Source: Proteromonas lacertae (taxonomy: Eukaryota). Taken from it: a DNA stretch of 64,000 nucleotides. Every line of letters starts with the position of its first letter. The first letter of the stretch is position 1. The notes under the pieces were generated by a model. That model was not told where the DNA came from, did no database searches, and worked only from the letters and a program-made list of their open reading frames with translations. The stretch is from positions 62,001-126,000 of the forward strand of contig NGBS01001175.1 in NCBI GenBank assembly GCA_002245135.1, written 5' to 3'. Of the stretch, positions 13,472 through 27,950 are shown one piece after another. Made by a program: the position numbers and the translations under genes.

Positions 13472-16400
13472 ATTTTATTATCTTCTTCATCTCTAATTAT
13501 ATTTGCTAATGTATCATCAACATAGTGATTGACAAATGAACTTAGTCTAGAACTAATCTCTGAAGATTTTACAGATTTGTCTGATGTAGATACTTCTGTA
13601 CTATTATTATCATTTATTCTGTTTAGATCAACTTCATTAGTAAATATATTATTTCTGTTATTATCAAGAATTGTTTCATCAACTGAGTTTGTTATTATTA
13701 CATCACTTCCATCAATTCTTATACTTCCTGATCCACTTAATTTCCTTCCAGAACTAATTAAATCAGTTGCATTCACTCCTGAAGCTATTGATAAATGAGG
13801 CGTTACTGTTTCTGAATTTTCTCTACTTCTTTCATTATTAAGATTGCTTTCATCCTCTGTTTATTTACTTCTTCATCTTCTTTTACTTCCTCATCTTCTA
13901 CCTTATCTTCCACTTTATTTACTTCCTCTTCTTCTGTTTCTTCTTTCACTTCTTCCTGTGGTAATTCTTCTTCAACTACTTCTTCAGGTTTTTCTTCTAC
14001 TCTTTGATTCTTTCTAATTATATAGTTCTATGAAATAATAAATAGCATAAACATCAATATACTCTTATATTTCTAGTAATAATTTCACTTGCCTTATTTT
14101 TATGATCATATTTCTCTTTCATCTTTTCTTTTTTTCTTTTGAAGAATGTCTGAATCATAATAACCGCATGTAATTTCTTTTCTCTTTCTCTTCTTATTCT
14201 ATCCAATTCTTGCTTATTTGCATTATACAATACTTCATATTTAGATTTTTCTATTAATTTCCTATTTTGATAACAATTATAAACTAGAATATAATACAAT
14301 TTCAGTTGCTCAATTTCTTTTCTTAGTTTTAATATTTCTTGATTCTGAGAATTAACAATACCATCTCTTACAGCATATTGTTCTTGACAATTCTTAAGTT
14401 CATTCTATAGAAATAATAATAATAAAACAAATAATTAATACTTTCAATTCTCTTATTCTCTTAACTGATTTTTTGACTCTTTCTTGAAGTAAATCATCTT
14501 TATGTAATAAATCATTGTATGTATTTGTTTGAGTCTCTAATTCATTATTCAAATTACTTATTTCTTTTTGTAGACTTGATATTATTTCATTTGATTCAGA
14601 TGCTATATTGGTTTCTTTCTCTTTTTCTTTATATGATTCTAATTTTGTCCTTAAACACAATATTATCTTGTCTAAATAAGTAATTCTCTCTTCTAATGCT
14701 TCTCTTGGAGCTGTTTTTAGATTAATGGCTTTTCTACTTGTAACATTTAAGGCAGCAGTCATAAAATTCTTATTCTCTTTACATTTCTTTTTATATTGTA
14801 TTTTTAAATGATCATATTCTTGCTGTAATTTCGTCAATTGAGATTTATACAAGTTAGCTTGAGATGCATATTTTCTAACAGATAAATCTAACTTATCAAC
14901 AGGAATAGGTGAATCAGAAGATCTTTTAGTTGGAGGAGTAGCTACTGGTGTTGAATAAAGTACTCTTCTTGGACTTCTATCAGATTGCTGCATATAATGA
15001 GGTAATACATTACTTGGCCCATTATTCAATACAATTATTGGTTTATATTCACCATTTTCAGTTAATGAATAGAAAGTATGTTTTCTCAATTCCCTCATAT
15101 CTTCATTGTGATGTTCTATACAACAATCAATACAAAAATATCTATTACATTCTTTACACAATCGAATTCCTGGTTTTCTACTACATGTTGAACATCTTTC
15201 ACATCTTTCTAAGGTAATATCAATTTTCTTTAATAACGAACCAATATAAATATTAAATTCTTCCCATTGTATAGAACCATCATTGTTAGTATCAATTTCA
15301 TCAAATAATCTCTTCATATCATCTCTACTTCCACTACATCCAGCAAATTCAAACAATTCTCTAATTTTATCATTATTTTCCATTGCATAACATAATTCTT
15401 CAAATGATATTGTTCCACTTCCATCTTTGTCTATTTTGTAAAACATTCTTTTTAGGTTTGATATCGTTGAATATCTATTCAATGTATTAGATCTATCTGT
15501 ACCAACCATTTCACTTTTCGCTGGTAATTTGTGTATAAGAATTTCCATTTTGCATGAATAATTATTATCCGATTCTATTTCATAAATATCCGTCTTTTCT
15601 ACTCCTTCAATTGTAGTAATAGGAATAACTATTTTACCTATTATATTATCTAATATATCATCTTTATCTTCTAATATATAGAGAGAAATGAAAGAATCAA
15701 TTCCTTCAAAAGTAATCACAATTTCATCAGATAATATCACATTATCTTTTACACTTTCATATAATTGAGATTTTTGAAATTGACACTTTTGATTAGCTCT
15801 TAATTTGAAGAATATATCCATTGGATCTTTGACTGGTAAGCCTTCCTTTCTAAACTCTTTTAAATTCAGTAATTTTACTAATAATCTGTTTGTTGATACT
15901 GGCGGATTTGTTGGTATTGTTTTTACTACTGATAATTCTAATTCTATTGAACCAGCTGGAGTTCTAGTTGCACAATCCATTAAGTTACATTTTCCTATAT
16001 AATAGAACTTCTCAATTTCTTCTTCATTGTTGTCTAAATGAAATGATAATACTCCATTTGACCTAACTTTATCACTTTTCAAAGTATTCTAAAAAGAAAT
16101 AATCAATAGAATATAATATTATATATACATCACAGAGTAAATTAACAAAAAGCGAAGAACAACTCTCATAAAATGGAGGTAAAGGGAAGATAAAGTATTT
16201 CATTCCAATTTGGTTCATTTCCTATATCTAACGATGGACTTGTTTTTACTATAAACTGTTTTCTTCCTTCGAGATATAATTCCAATCTATATTTAATAAT
16301 AATAAAATAAAGCATAATTAATATAATACAATGGATGTAATATTCCATTAAAAGTCCTATCGATTATTCTAACTCCTTTCTTTATATTAATACACAAATA

Positions 16401-17317
16401 ATTATTAACACTACTCTCATTTAAACTCTGAAATATCTCAGTCTTTTCTAAATCATCACTTTCAACAGAAGGATTTGTTATGTATTGAATAATCAATCTA
16501 ATTTCACCTTCTTTAAAACCACTCTTTAAATCAGATGTAAATGGATACCAACGATCAATTAAATGATTCTGTGAAGTGATAATATTAGACAGTGGAATAT
16601 CACAATATCCAATACATTCATTTATATCATCACTGATTAATTTCAAATTAAGAAATGGATCAGAATATTCATTGTAAATTGACTGATAAGGGATAGAGAA
16701 TTGTTCATTATAAATGATTTGATTTCCTGTTATTTTTCTATATTTTGAACATTGACACTATATTTAATATAATAAATAATAATAATATATATATATACAC
16801 CACAACCACAAACAAATTTGACTGTAATTCCTTCACATTGTCTGACAGTTCTTAGTTTTCTTATACTAATTAAATGAATCTATTTATATAATAATATTAA
16901 TAATAATAAAACTAGAAATACATGTAAAGATCCATTTGGTGTATTAATTAATGGTTTTTCAAACAGTTGAATTATTCTCTTTTTATTCGTTTCATCATCT
17001 TCTAATATTCTGTTATTATTACTTCTAACAAACGCTTTTGTTTCATTCTTTGATACATCTGTATTAACAGATTCAAAATACATTTTTAAATGAATTCCAC
17101 AGTTTATTTCACCTTCTAAGTCTAGCCATATATCTACTAATGATTCTATATTCACTATAAACCCAGGAACTGATATTAATTTTGAACATCGAACAATATT
17201 TAAATTATTCTTTGCATCTACAAATTCAAACGAGATAATATCCAATTTGTTTTGTCTAATACTCCAATTGATGGGTAAATGAAACATTTCATTGATATTC
17301 TCATTATCTATTAATTA

Positions 17318-17349
<32 letters not shown>

Positions 17350-18416
17350 CTTTTACTATTATCAATTAGTACTGAATTTAAAACAGTTTTATTTAAACTA
17401 ATTCTAATAAAATAAGGAAGATATTCACTTAAATTAACATTTACTCCTTTTATTTCTATTAATTCTATATGTAATTTACCATAATAGAAATTAACCACAT
17501 TTTTAGCATTTTCTGGTGGAATTTCACTACTTTCATTACATATACCTTTACGATCTTCATTTTTAACATATAAATTCTCTATAACTTTCATATTTCTTTT
17601 AGTCTCAAGCTTTATTTGAAATTCTTTAGTTTTATCATTTTCATCCATGCAATTCACTCCAATTTGTTTCTTTTCATTTTTATTTAAACTAATAATATCT
17701 AATACATGAAAAAACACTTTAAATTGATGTACTACATCCTGTTTCATTTTAGATTTCATTATTAATGTTATTTCTAGATACTCTACATCTATATCATGTA
17801 TTAACATAGCATTATTTGAACAAAAGAAAATTTCATTGTTTACTATATTTCCTGTAATAATTGTTGAGTTATTATATGGTTTAACTTCCACTTTTGCTTC
17901 ACATACACAGTTTTTTGGAAGTGTTAAACTCTTAATAAATAAATTGTAATTATAACAATAAGGTATTGTTATTCTATCTTTATATTCATTATGTAATTCT
18001 TCTATTCTATTAGTATCTATTAAATCATCATTCTCACTTATCAAAATAACTAAACATAATTCACACACCTTTTTATTTAGATCTGAAGAAAAAGTAGGTA
18101 TAGTTTTCAAGTAAAGTTTATTTTCTTCTAAATATTTGTTTGATATACATATGCCTGACTCACCTAAAAGGGTCTTATCTGAGTAAAAGTAAAAATTAAC
18201 TAAATTTGAGTCTTCTATTAAAGGTAGCTTAAAAGTAACATTCCATTCGCATTTTTTGTTAGTTTCAGTTTTTTCTTCTGTTCTTACTGCCTTACTTGAT
18301 TCATTATTACAGTCCACCTCAATGAAATACTTTTCATCGATACCAGAAGAGTAAAGCAGATGAATAAATCTAATTACAATATATAGAAGTCATTAATACA
18401 TCGATTTTTCACTCAT
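11837..18416 (-). CDS. Large Ca2+-binding protein: several C2 domains, EF-hand pair, B-box-like Zn finger, coiled coil, acidic region with IQ-motif tandem repeats
   Basis: C2-like exons; EF-hands DKDGSGTISFEE and DTNNDGSIQWEE; CSTC...CKEC...FCIDC...H...H; IQ motifs IQSIYRGYNTRK. Needs 1-nt indels at ~13860, ~13010, ~12722 and ~12010 to be one ORF. Confidence 0.6.
12520..13350 (-). repeat. ~280-bp coding tandem repeat, 3 copies, each with one IQ motif and two ESPSVDYNL sub-repeats
   Basis: Near-identical block aaattgtaatctactgaaggtgattcattcgcaacattattatcgttttca at ~12640, ~12919 and ~13202. Confidence 0.9.
13414..13470 (+). repeat. (TCA)n microsatellite encoding poly-Asp on the minus strand
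   Basis: Direct inspection. Confidence 0.95.
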
Positions 18417-18585
18417 AAATTTAAAAACAGAAATATTTTCAATAACCAATTTCAGTTTTTTCAATCACCAACTATTAAAAAAATATATTTTGATTGATTC
18501 AATAACGATTATTATTTTAAAATGCCTCAAAACAAAACAATTAAAAGGCTCCTCACAATTAATTTGAATTTCATCTTCATTATAT

Positions 18586-19522
18586 TTAATCTTTATCTAC
18601 ACGACCTGTAACACGACCAGTTCTACGGGCTGCAATTAAACCAACCTTTTGACCAGCAGATGCTTGTCTCTTTATTGTAGCTGGATGACCAATATGTTGA
18701 TGATTACCACCACCATGTGGATGATCAACGGGGTTCATAGCCACACCTCTAACCTTAGGCCATTCCTTTCTCTTTGCCTTGTATTTATGATATGCACGAC
18801 CAGCTTTTAATATTGGTTTATCCATTCTACCTCCACCAGCTACTAAACCTACCATACCTCTACAGTTTGAACTTACAGTCTTTTTAGCTCCTGATGGCAT
18901 TCTTAAAAATGTTTGATTGTTATCACTATGACTGATAATTGCAGCATAATCTCCTGAAGCTTTAGCGATTTTACCTCTATCACCTGGTCTTTCTTCTACA
19001 TTACAGACTACTGTACCTTCTGGTAATGATTTAAGTGGTAAAATATTGCCGATTTGACATTTTGCTTTAGCACCAGCAAATACATATTGACCTGTGTACA
19101 TACCTTCTGTAGCAACTAATGTTACATTATCTCTTTGATAGTGATATCTATATAATTTAATTAGACTAGAAAATACGGGTTCTTAAATTGAACTCTGGCA
19201 ATTGGTGCACCTCTACCTGGATCATGTAAAATGTGTTTTACAACACCTTTAACATAACCTTCTCTTTCAGCATAGTCTAACTTTCTTAAATGAGAAGCTC
19301 CTTTTCTGTGAGCAGTATGTGCCTATTCAATAACAATTAAATATCATACGAAGAAAATTCCTCCAACTCTACCCTTTCTCTGTGCTATAAAAATAGATAG
19401 TAAAAGTAATGATTATATATAGTTGAATTAAAAATCATAAATCGCTTTATGAAGACAGCAGTAAATATAAAATAACAATATATAAGCTTCAAAGTATATA
19501 TACATCTGATAACTCGCCCCAT
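18586..19522 (-). CDS. RPL8: 60S ribosomal protein L8 (uL2)
   Basis: Spliced N-terminus [47 protein letters not shown]. Three introns, the first 119 nt (19385-19503). Confidence 0.98.
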
Positions 19523-19599
19523 TAAAATAAATGTTAATGTGAGGAGGGGGTAAATATTAATGGTATTTTTAAATAGGAATTTCTATACATTCATCATCC

Positions 19600-19617
19600 C
19601 AAATAAACTTGGCTTGA
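19600..19617. promoter_or_regulatory. Recurrent upstream motif CAAATAAACTTGGCTTGA (copy upstream of RPL8)
   Basis: Identical 18-mer at 31006-31023; core also at 41596-41608; variant at 40630-40643. Confidence 0.55.
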
Positions 19618-19989
19618 GTTTTATTCTTGTTTTTCTTTCTTCTTACGTGATGATTAATTCAGACTTATAATTCGTAAAACATCGTAGAATATTGTAATAA
19701 ATACACTGTGATAATAAAGGGACTTATACATGAAATATACATTCTTAGACTATATTATACTCTTTAAAGTGTAAATATATACATAAGTATTTATTTATGA
19801 GAATGTAATTAACATTAGTTGGAAGAATGAAATAGTCATTCCTCTTTCATTTGATGTCCTATCAATATTTGCATGGCTAGTGATAGGCTAATTGTTTTCA
19901 AATAACTCTTATGGTTTATATATGGCTTATTGTTTTTATAAACAATTTTGATAAAAAGATTCGTTTTTCTATTTCGTTTTTATTTTGAA

Positions 19990-20725
19990 ATGGTTTTGAA
20001 TATAGGCGATAGAGTGGAAGATTTCTATTCAAAAGTATTTCTTTGACTAATAAATTGTTCATAGACACAATTAGGCACATTATATTTTAAAGATTTCATA
20101 CTTGGGAATTGGACTCTTGTTATTACATTCTCAAAATCATATGATCCAGTAGTAGCAACTGTATATTAAATAATTATTAACTTAAATAAGGAATTGGGAA
20201 TGATTTCCAAATTGAAAGGTGAATTTGATGCTAGAAAGGTTAATATATTTGGAGTTATATTATCTGAGTCTTCTAGTTTAGATGGTTTCATTCAAGATGT
20301 ACAAGAAACACAAGCATGTACTATAAAATTCCCAATAGTTGCTGATGTTGATGGAAGTGTATTAGAAAAAGTATATTTATTTGTAAATTATATAATTACA
20401 TAGTTTGATGCATTGAAAAGAAATGATGAAGGTATTCAACCACAAGGACTTAATTGTGTGTTTTTAATAGATCCAAATGGATCAATAAGAGCTAAACAAA
20501 TATATAGTAGTATAATAGGTAGAAATATGTATGAAATCATCAGATTAATAGATTCTGTAATACTGTTTGAGTATTATCAAGTTGCAACAGCAGGAAATTG
20601 GAAATATGGTGATGATGTGATAGTTTCTAATGATCTATCTTATGATAAACTTTTACAAATGTATGCCACAAGGAGTAACTACGATTAATTCTTATTGGAA
20701 AACTACTCCCTCTCCTGATAAATAA
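19990..20725 (+). CDS. 1-Cys peroxiredoxin (Prx6)-like protein lacking the peroxidatic Cys
   Basis: Spliced SYDPVVATELG (canonical FTPVCTTELG), FPIVAD, VFLIDPNG, GRNMYEIIR, VATAGNWKYGDDV. The Prx6-like tail PQGVTTINSYWKTTPSP requires a 1-nt indel at ~20665. Confidence 0.8.
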
Positions 20726-20854
20726 TTTTACTTATATTTATTAAAATATGTTTATTTTCATTCACAAACAATACTATACATAAATATTTAGTCATTTACA
20801 TAAATAATTAAACAAATTATTAATGAATAAAAACACATGAAAACATAATGATCG

Positions 20855-22465
20855 TTATTGTGATGATGGTATTTGAATAGGTATTTTTGGTAAAGATGGA
20901 TTTGACTTTCTATCCAATGGAGTAACATCATTCTCCATTATTTGTGTTATTTCTTCTTCTTTCTTTTCATCTAATAAATTCTCATTTATACTGTTATTCT
21001 TCTCCACATCTTCTATTGATTCACAACCACTACAATTGTCAGCAGCATCTAAATAATGTCTTATAAATGGAATTAAAAATAATGGATATAAGTTGATGAT
21101 ATTTGTAATAACTAACAATAACCAGAATTGATTATAATCTGTAGTTGTTATTCCTAATAATTCTAATAATGCTGAACTTATATAACCAGAAATAGATGAA
21201 GCTAAGTCACAAGTCGATAGTAAAATAGCCCATATCATTCCTTCTATACCTTTTGGACATAATTTAGCACTGATTATAATTATTGGCATATAGGCAATTT
21301 GTCCAGCAGCTGTACATAATGCTTCATCAATACCAGCAAACCAAGCAAGTGGAATATGTGTAATTCTAATTAAAAATAAAATAAAATATTTAAAAAATAC
21401 TTGTAAAAATCAGTGACAAATGCAATTTGAGTCATTGCTGTAGCAGCATTTAATACACCAGTAATAATGAACAATTTCCATAAAGGTAATTTCGTTAAAA
21501 ATACTTTATACATGTAAATACCTAAAACTGAAGCAATTGATGAAATAAAATTGATTATATTCACTTCCCAATTCTTCACTTGTTGAGCAACCATTAAATA
21601 TTGATTAATTACTAAAGAAGCATTTGGAGTTACTTTTAAGATAAAGAGAAACAATAGAATCGGCCAAATTGCTTTATTTCCTAAAAACCCTTGATTATTA
21701 CCTTTAAATAGTATATTATAAGCTTGTTTAAATCCATCAACATATTTCTTTGTTACCTCTACTGGTTTTGTTTCTTTTATAAATACTGCAGCGAATGGTA
21801 AACCAGCACTTATAGTTGCAGTTATTAAAAACATCAGTTGTGGTGATATGTCAAACTATTCATTTAATATTTTGTAAATATTTATACATAAAGTAACAAT
21901 ATACTTCCTATACTTCCTGTCAATGTCCCAATGCATCTTGCAATCATACAATTGGATTGTAATTTACCTTTGTCATTTTTGTCATTTTGAACTCTTTCAA
22001 CAACAAGTGTATCAATCATTAACTCATATCCTGCCATTCCTGTTTCTAATACAATACCTACTGCAACAGCTGAATAAAAACTTTTAACTATATAACCATA
22101 AAGTCTATTCAATAATAGAGGATTATCATTAATACACATAACTTCCAGCCATCATAATATAGTATATAAAAACATATGCTTTTCTACGACTTCCACATAT
22201 AGGAAACATATCTGAAATAAATCCATACAGCAACTACGTTATTAGATTATGAAAGATACTTTTAGATATGTTGGTATGAAAACAGTTGCATAGTATGAAG
22301 TAATATCTGATGGTTGAAAATTCTATAATCAAAAGAAACTAGTTAGAAATATACAACATCTACAGCCAGATACACATACAACGCAGTCAATGGCAATACC
22401 ATTGCAACAGACGAAAAGAAATACATGATATAAATCAAATAAACATCTTTAAACACACAATTCAT
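20855..22465 (-). CDS. Folate-biopterin transporter (BT1/FBT family, MFS)
   Basis: Many TM segments; GFISDMFPICGSRRK, DTLVVER, GKLQSNC, AKLCPKGIEG motifs. Confidence 0.9.
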
Positions 22466-22577
22466 TTTTTGAATTTTCATTCATTAAACACGCTCAAAAA
22501 TCAAACGAATAGATTTTTTGAAACACAATTAAAACATGATTATAATATATTTTATTAATATAAGATTATAAGGTTAT

Positions 22578-23409
22578 TTATAAAGATGATAGATGGTCAT
22601 TCATCCTGTTTATTAAGGCCTTTGATGCATTTTGAGCTTCTTCATTCCAAATTGGATTATTAAACTGTTTTGAAACAATAGTTTTAACAAACGACTGTAA
22701 ATCACATTTTGATTTAATAGCAGATACATCTAAAGTTGCAATATACTTACTCAAAGCACTAGGATCAGTTAAAGATGGAACAATTTTCTCAAAAGATTCA
22801 ATTAATGATTTTGTTTCTTTTGATAATTCCTTTAGTTGAACAGTTTGCTGTTGTATCTGTTGTATTTGTTGTTGTTGTTGTTGGTTCTGATTAATCATAC
22901 GTTGTTGCTGCTGTAATTGCTGAAATGAAGTAGATTGATTCATATTCTGTTGTTGTTGTTGTTGTTGATTAAACATCATCATATATTGTTGTAATGCTTC
23001 TGGTGGTATAAAATTAGTTGGTGTTGGTTGTTGTAATGATGTTGTAGCTGCTGTTGGTGCAGGAGGTGGAATTACATTACTAGTTGGCATGTTTGTAGTT
23101 TGTAAAAGTTGTAATAATTGTGGATTGTAAAAAGGTAAATTAGACATCATTGGAATAGCAAATGGATTATTCTGATTTGAATTTTGACTGTTATTAGGTT
23201 GAGGTTGTTGTGGTGGTGGTTGTAATACAGCTGCAGGATTCATTGGCTGCCCTCCACCATAGAATTGATTTAATAAAGACATATCCATCATTTGAGGTTG
23301 CATTGGGAACGGAAGTGGATTTTGAGCGTTACTTTGTGGTGGTATAAATTGATTAAGATATTGTTGTTGTTGTTGAATTGATTGGAAACCAGGGTATAAT
23401 TGAGGAATC

Positions 23410-23443
<34 letters not shown>

Positions 23444-26400
23444 GCATAAACAATTGATTGTTTATACTCATAAACTTTGGATCAATTGGTATATTCTGAA
23501 CTGCATTAGTATATTTACCAGCCATTACTGGTGGAACAACATTCGTAGATGGATTTAAGTTAGGTATTGATGTTGCAGCTGATAAAGCAGCTGATGATAA
23601 TGCAATTGGAGTTGCTGTAGTAGAAGAAGTTGTACTGCTAACATTCAACTTCCTGGTTGATTTTCTTCTTTTCTTTGGTTTTTCATCATCATCAACATCT
23701 GATAGTTGTTTGTAATATTCATTAATAACAGGGTCATCTACATCATCAGTAAATAACTTTCTTTTTAATTTACCAGTTTGTGATCTAGTTACAATACCAC
23801 TTTCACTATTTTTACCAGACATATTGCCTTCACTATTATTATCATTATCATCAGATTGTATTACATTTCCATCATTATTACCTTTATCCATTTGTATATC
23901 ATTTGGTGCAGTAGAAGTTGAATTATTATTATTATTATTATTATTATTATTTTCATTTAATTTTGGTGATAATCTTGATGATCGACGAGTATACTTCCTT
24001 TTTTCTTCATAATTTTCATCTTCTTCCATTCTAAAATCATCTGATTTAGGTGTATTATCACTTCGTAAATCAGATTCATCATCTGCTGAAGATCCATTTG
24101 CATTATGATGTCTTCTTGTTTTCATTGAATGGACTCTTTCATTTGATGGTACTGGTGGTGTTACTGATAATGACAATCCTCTTAAGAATAAACTTACTTC
24201 AGATACTGTATAGATTGGATTATCCATATAATTAATTAATTTACTTTTATCTAATACAGATAATTTGGATAATGATGGTAATTGATGTGATTTAGTCTTT
24301 GTTGTTGCAACATTTATTTCATTCATACAATTAGTTAATGGTGTAGCATCATTCATCAAATAGAAGTCAAACATAGGAGAACCATATACTTTAAATGGAT
24401 TCTTAAACTTCCAAAATCCACCAACTGGCCACATAGTGCTTGGTTGATTGACTATTCTTTCTATTAATATTTGTCTTGCTGATGGTGAATATTCATAATC
24501 AGTTCCATAACATGATTCTATATCTGGTAATGACAATGTTCCTCTACGATCAGCGTATAAACTAGCAGCTGGATTATTTACTGTCTGTTTATACCATCCT
24601 ACTAATTGTCCCCATGCATAGCAACCACCATATCTTCTTACATCTCTATATCGTACTTGCATTGCATTTGCGACTGGTGCATTTGTTACATCTTTTCGTT
24701 TGAATCCTTTATTCTTTTTGATCTGTTTTCTGGCTGGAGTTTCATCATCATTATCATCTTCATCATCACTGGAGTTTTTCTTCTTTTTAAGTGCTTTTTG
24801 GAAGGAATCATTAGACATTCCTAAATCACATGTTCTAATATCAACATCACTAGTAAATCCTTGATAAGTGGCTGTTGTTGTAAAGAAACAGTTTGTTTCG
24901 ATGTATAATACTAATAAATCATGAGCAGCTAAATGTCTGGCAGTTCTTCGTGGTTTCATTTCTAATAATAAATCTTTCACTTGCTTCATTCTATTCTTAG
25001 CATCATCTAAATCTTCAGCTTGACAAGAGACTATTTCACCTATTTTTTTAATAATTGGCATTTCATTTTGAATTTGATTGGAGATAATACATGAGTATAA
25101 TCTCTTTATTAATGAATGTTCATCATTCCATAAGTAATCTCTAACTTCGTGTGATCTTAGTAATCTTAATGGAAGTGTATTTGCTGCATTCTCTTGATGT
25201 CTTAGGAAGTATAATATCTTATCAATTGTTACTACTAAATTGTGTAAACGTGAATTTCTAACTCCTTTTGCTTCAATCTATTAATAATATATATAATAAC
25301 ATATTTATAATACTTCAGCAGATTCTTGATTATATAATACAACAGGTGTTGTAATTTTCACTAATTCTGATGGTAATACTTGATATTCATATAATATATA
25401 TTCAGATATAAGAGCAGCATATTTCTTCAACCACAATGGTGCATTTTCTAATACAGAATCTCTTATACCAATGTTAAATAATAACTTCTCATCATCAGAA
25501 GTATATTCTTCAACACAACTTCTCAATATAATAGCAGTACGACTTAAGAATGTATGTGAATTGGACATTACTTGTTGAAATGCTCTAGCATTAGTGAAAT
25601 ATAAGAATGAACCTCTACACTTTACACTTGAACATAGACAAATAGCTGCTCTATATTCTTCTTCACTTTCACTAACACATGCATAATCAAATGTCAATTC
25701 TTCACCTTCAGCAATATCTCTTATCGCATATACAACAATAGTGAATTGACCATTCACATTGACTGTCATTGTAGCACAATTAGGATCACAGGAATGACAT
25801 AATCTACTTCCTAAATTACCTCTACATACTGGATCAACAAATAATACATCATATCCTTTCTCATCCTCTATATTTCTCTCTAATGTAATATTATAGAAAT
25901 CAGGTAAGACTGGTTTATATCCTAATCTCTTTTGTGCATTCTTTATACCATCTTGTTTCTCAAACCATCTCCAAGGTGGATATACTTCTCCTAGATAAGG
26001 AGCTATGGCTGTTGTTTCTTTAATTCCTCCTTTTCTTTTACATATTATTCCCATTCCTTTAGGATGTATACGGAAGTGTCCTAAATCACGAGTTGTGGTT
26101 TGTTCTAAGATTGCTAAGGCAGTTAATGCTATATCTTTATCATCACTATCTGCTAGTTTTACTAATGTATAATTCATATTATAAGCATCATCAGAGGGTA
26201 AGGAATTAATAGTTCTTGAGATATACACTCGAATATAGTTTTGTGCATATTCTAATGATTTCCCTATTGCCATTATGGAGATTTCTAAACATCTGCGAGT
26301 GTAACAGTCCATTCCCCACACATTCTGAATATGAATGTCAGATTCTGGATTGATAAAGTGATTTTGTTGTGCTTCACGATTATTACAGTTATATTCACTC

Positions 26401-27950
26401 TTTACTGTAGTAGTATTGTCTTTTTCTTTATCTATTCTTTATCTTCTGTTTTCACTTTTGTACAAGCACATTGACATTCATCAGAACATTCACTACCAGA
26501 AATCATACAAGGACAAGCCGACTCAAACCTTCCTAAATTTAATGAAAATTTGATTTGATTCTTATTATCTCCATTATTATTACAGCACTTACCATCACAA
26601 TGTATCTTCATAGATGATTTCAATTTCTTCATTGTTAATTCATTCTCTTTATCATTCATTCCTTCACATAATTCATATTTATTAATCTCTTCATAATATC
26701 GTGTTGGAAATGGTGATTGTCTCCATTCATTCTGTACACACGGTTGATCATTCTTCTCTATTAAATCTGTTACTGATTTATAAGATTTAATATCATATTT
26801 TAATTCACAGATTTTTCGAACATATTCAAAATCTTCTTTAAATTCATTTATTATATTTTCACTATCATTATTATTACATTGTAATATCTGTAACATCATT
26901 TCATAGATTGAATCTAAGTTATAAATACTGCCAATTCTTCTTAATAAATAACATTCAATATAATGAGGAGTGTTAGTATTGAGTAATCTTTTCTCTTTAA
27001 TTTCATTGATTAAATAATCCAATGATTTATGAGACTGACATTCATTGTTTGTACATTTAATTTGATCTTTAAATTTGTTTAAATGTTTGGATATAAAGTC
27101 CATTTGAAAATTCCACCATAATTTCAAAGTATCTCTTTCAATTTCATAATTTAATAGTGGTCTCTTTGATTGACGGATTTGACTGTACGAATTTACATAC
27201 AATTGTCTTTCTTCATTGGATATAGCTTTCCATTCACTGTAGATTTTACTATTCAACTCTGATTCTGTTACATTAAGATCTTTAATTAAGTAATATAACC
27301 TTCTACAGGAGATATAGAATAGAAAGAGATGATTTGATTCTGTAAAGCCTTCAACACTATATAAAACAAAGTAAATATATAAATTTATACTCAACTTGAG
27401 ATTTATGCAATGGGCAAAATATTCTTTTGTTTTCTTCATCAAAGAGCCAATTGTTGTTATATGCACATAGTATATGAGAAGATGCTGAACAAATTTTACT
27501 ATAATCCATTAAATATATGTCAAGATTATACCCTTTCTCTGATTTTGAACAGATAGTAAGATCGCCACCTGATTGTTTGCATATAGAACACTTCTTTCTT
27601 AAATCTGTTTTAGTCTAAGAAATATAGAGTATTAAAGTTATACAAATTCTCTCCAGAATCTACAGCACATGTGACAAAGACTTCCATTTTCATCTTTTTC
27701 AAAAGGGAATTGAATTCCCTTAGAACAGAGAGAACAGCTTTGAAATGTTACTATAAAAATGAATGAGTTTATTTATACATCCGCTTTGACAAGCTGCACA
27801 TTCAAAATTACTTTCATCACTAATTGGTTCATTTAAACAGTCTTTGTGGAAAGAAAAGTTACACTTCTTGCATATAACTAATGTACTCTCGTGTATTCGT
27901 TCTGTAGACAAACATATTGCACATCTGGGGTTTGACTTTTCTGCCGCCAT
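22578..27950 (-). CDS. SET-domain histone lysine methyltransferase, SDG2/ATXR3-like, with N-terminal PHD and HMG-box-like regions and a poly-Gln tail
   Basis: WGMDCYTRR, KGMGIIC, YLGEVYPPWRWFEKQDGIK, PDFYNITLER, GYDVLFVD, SRLCHSCDPNC, GEELTFDY, post-SET CLCSSVKCRG; CAIC...CKKC...FHKDC...C..C PHD. Confidence 0.85.

Noticed and set aside
19640..19730. C/D snoRNA at GTGATGA in the RPL8-Prx spacer (and ATGATGA near 35916)
   Set aside because: No downstream CTGA D box at a suitable distance and no recognisable rRNA antisense element.
20660..20690. Euplotes-style stop-directed +1 programmed frameshifting
   Set aside because: No shared AAA-TAR slippery motif among the sites. In the Prx gene, homology puts the shift ~7 codons before the stop, and -1 cases also occur in homopolymers, which fits sequencing error.
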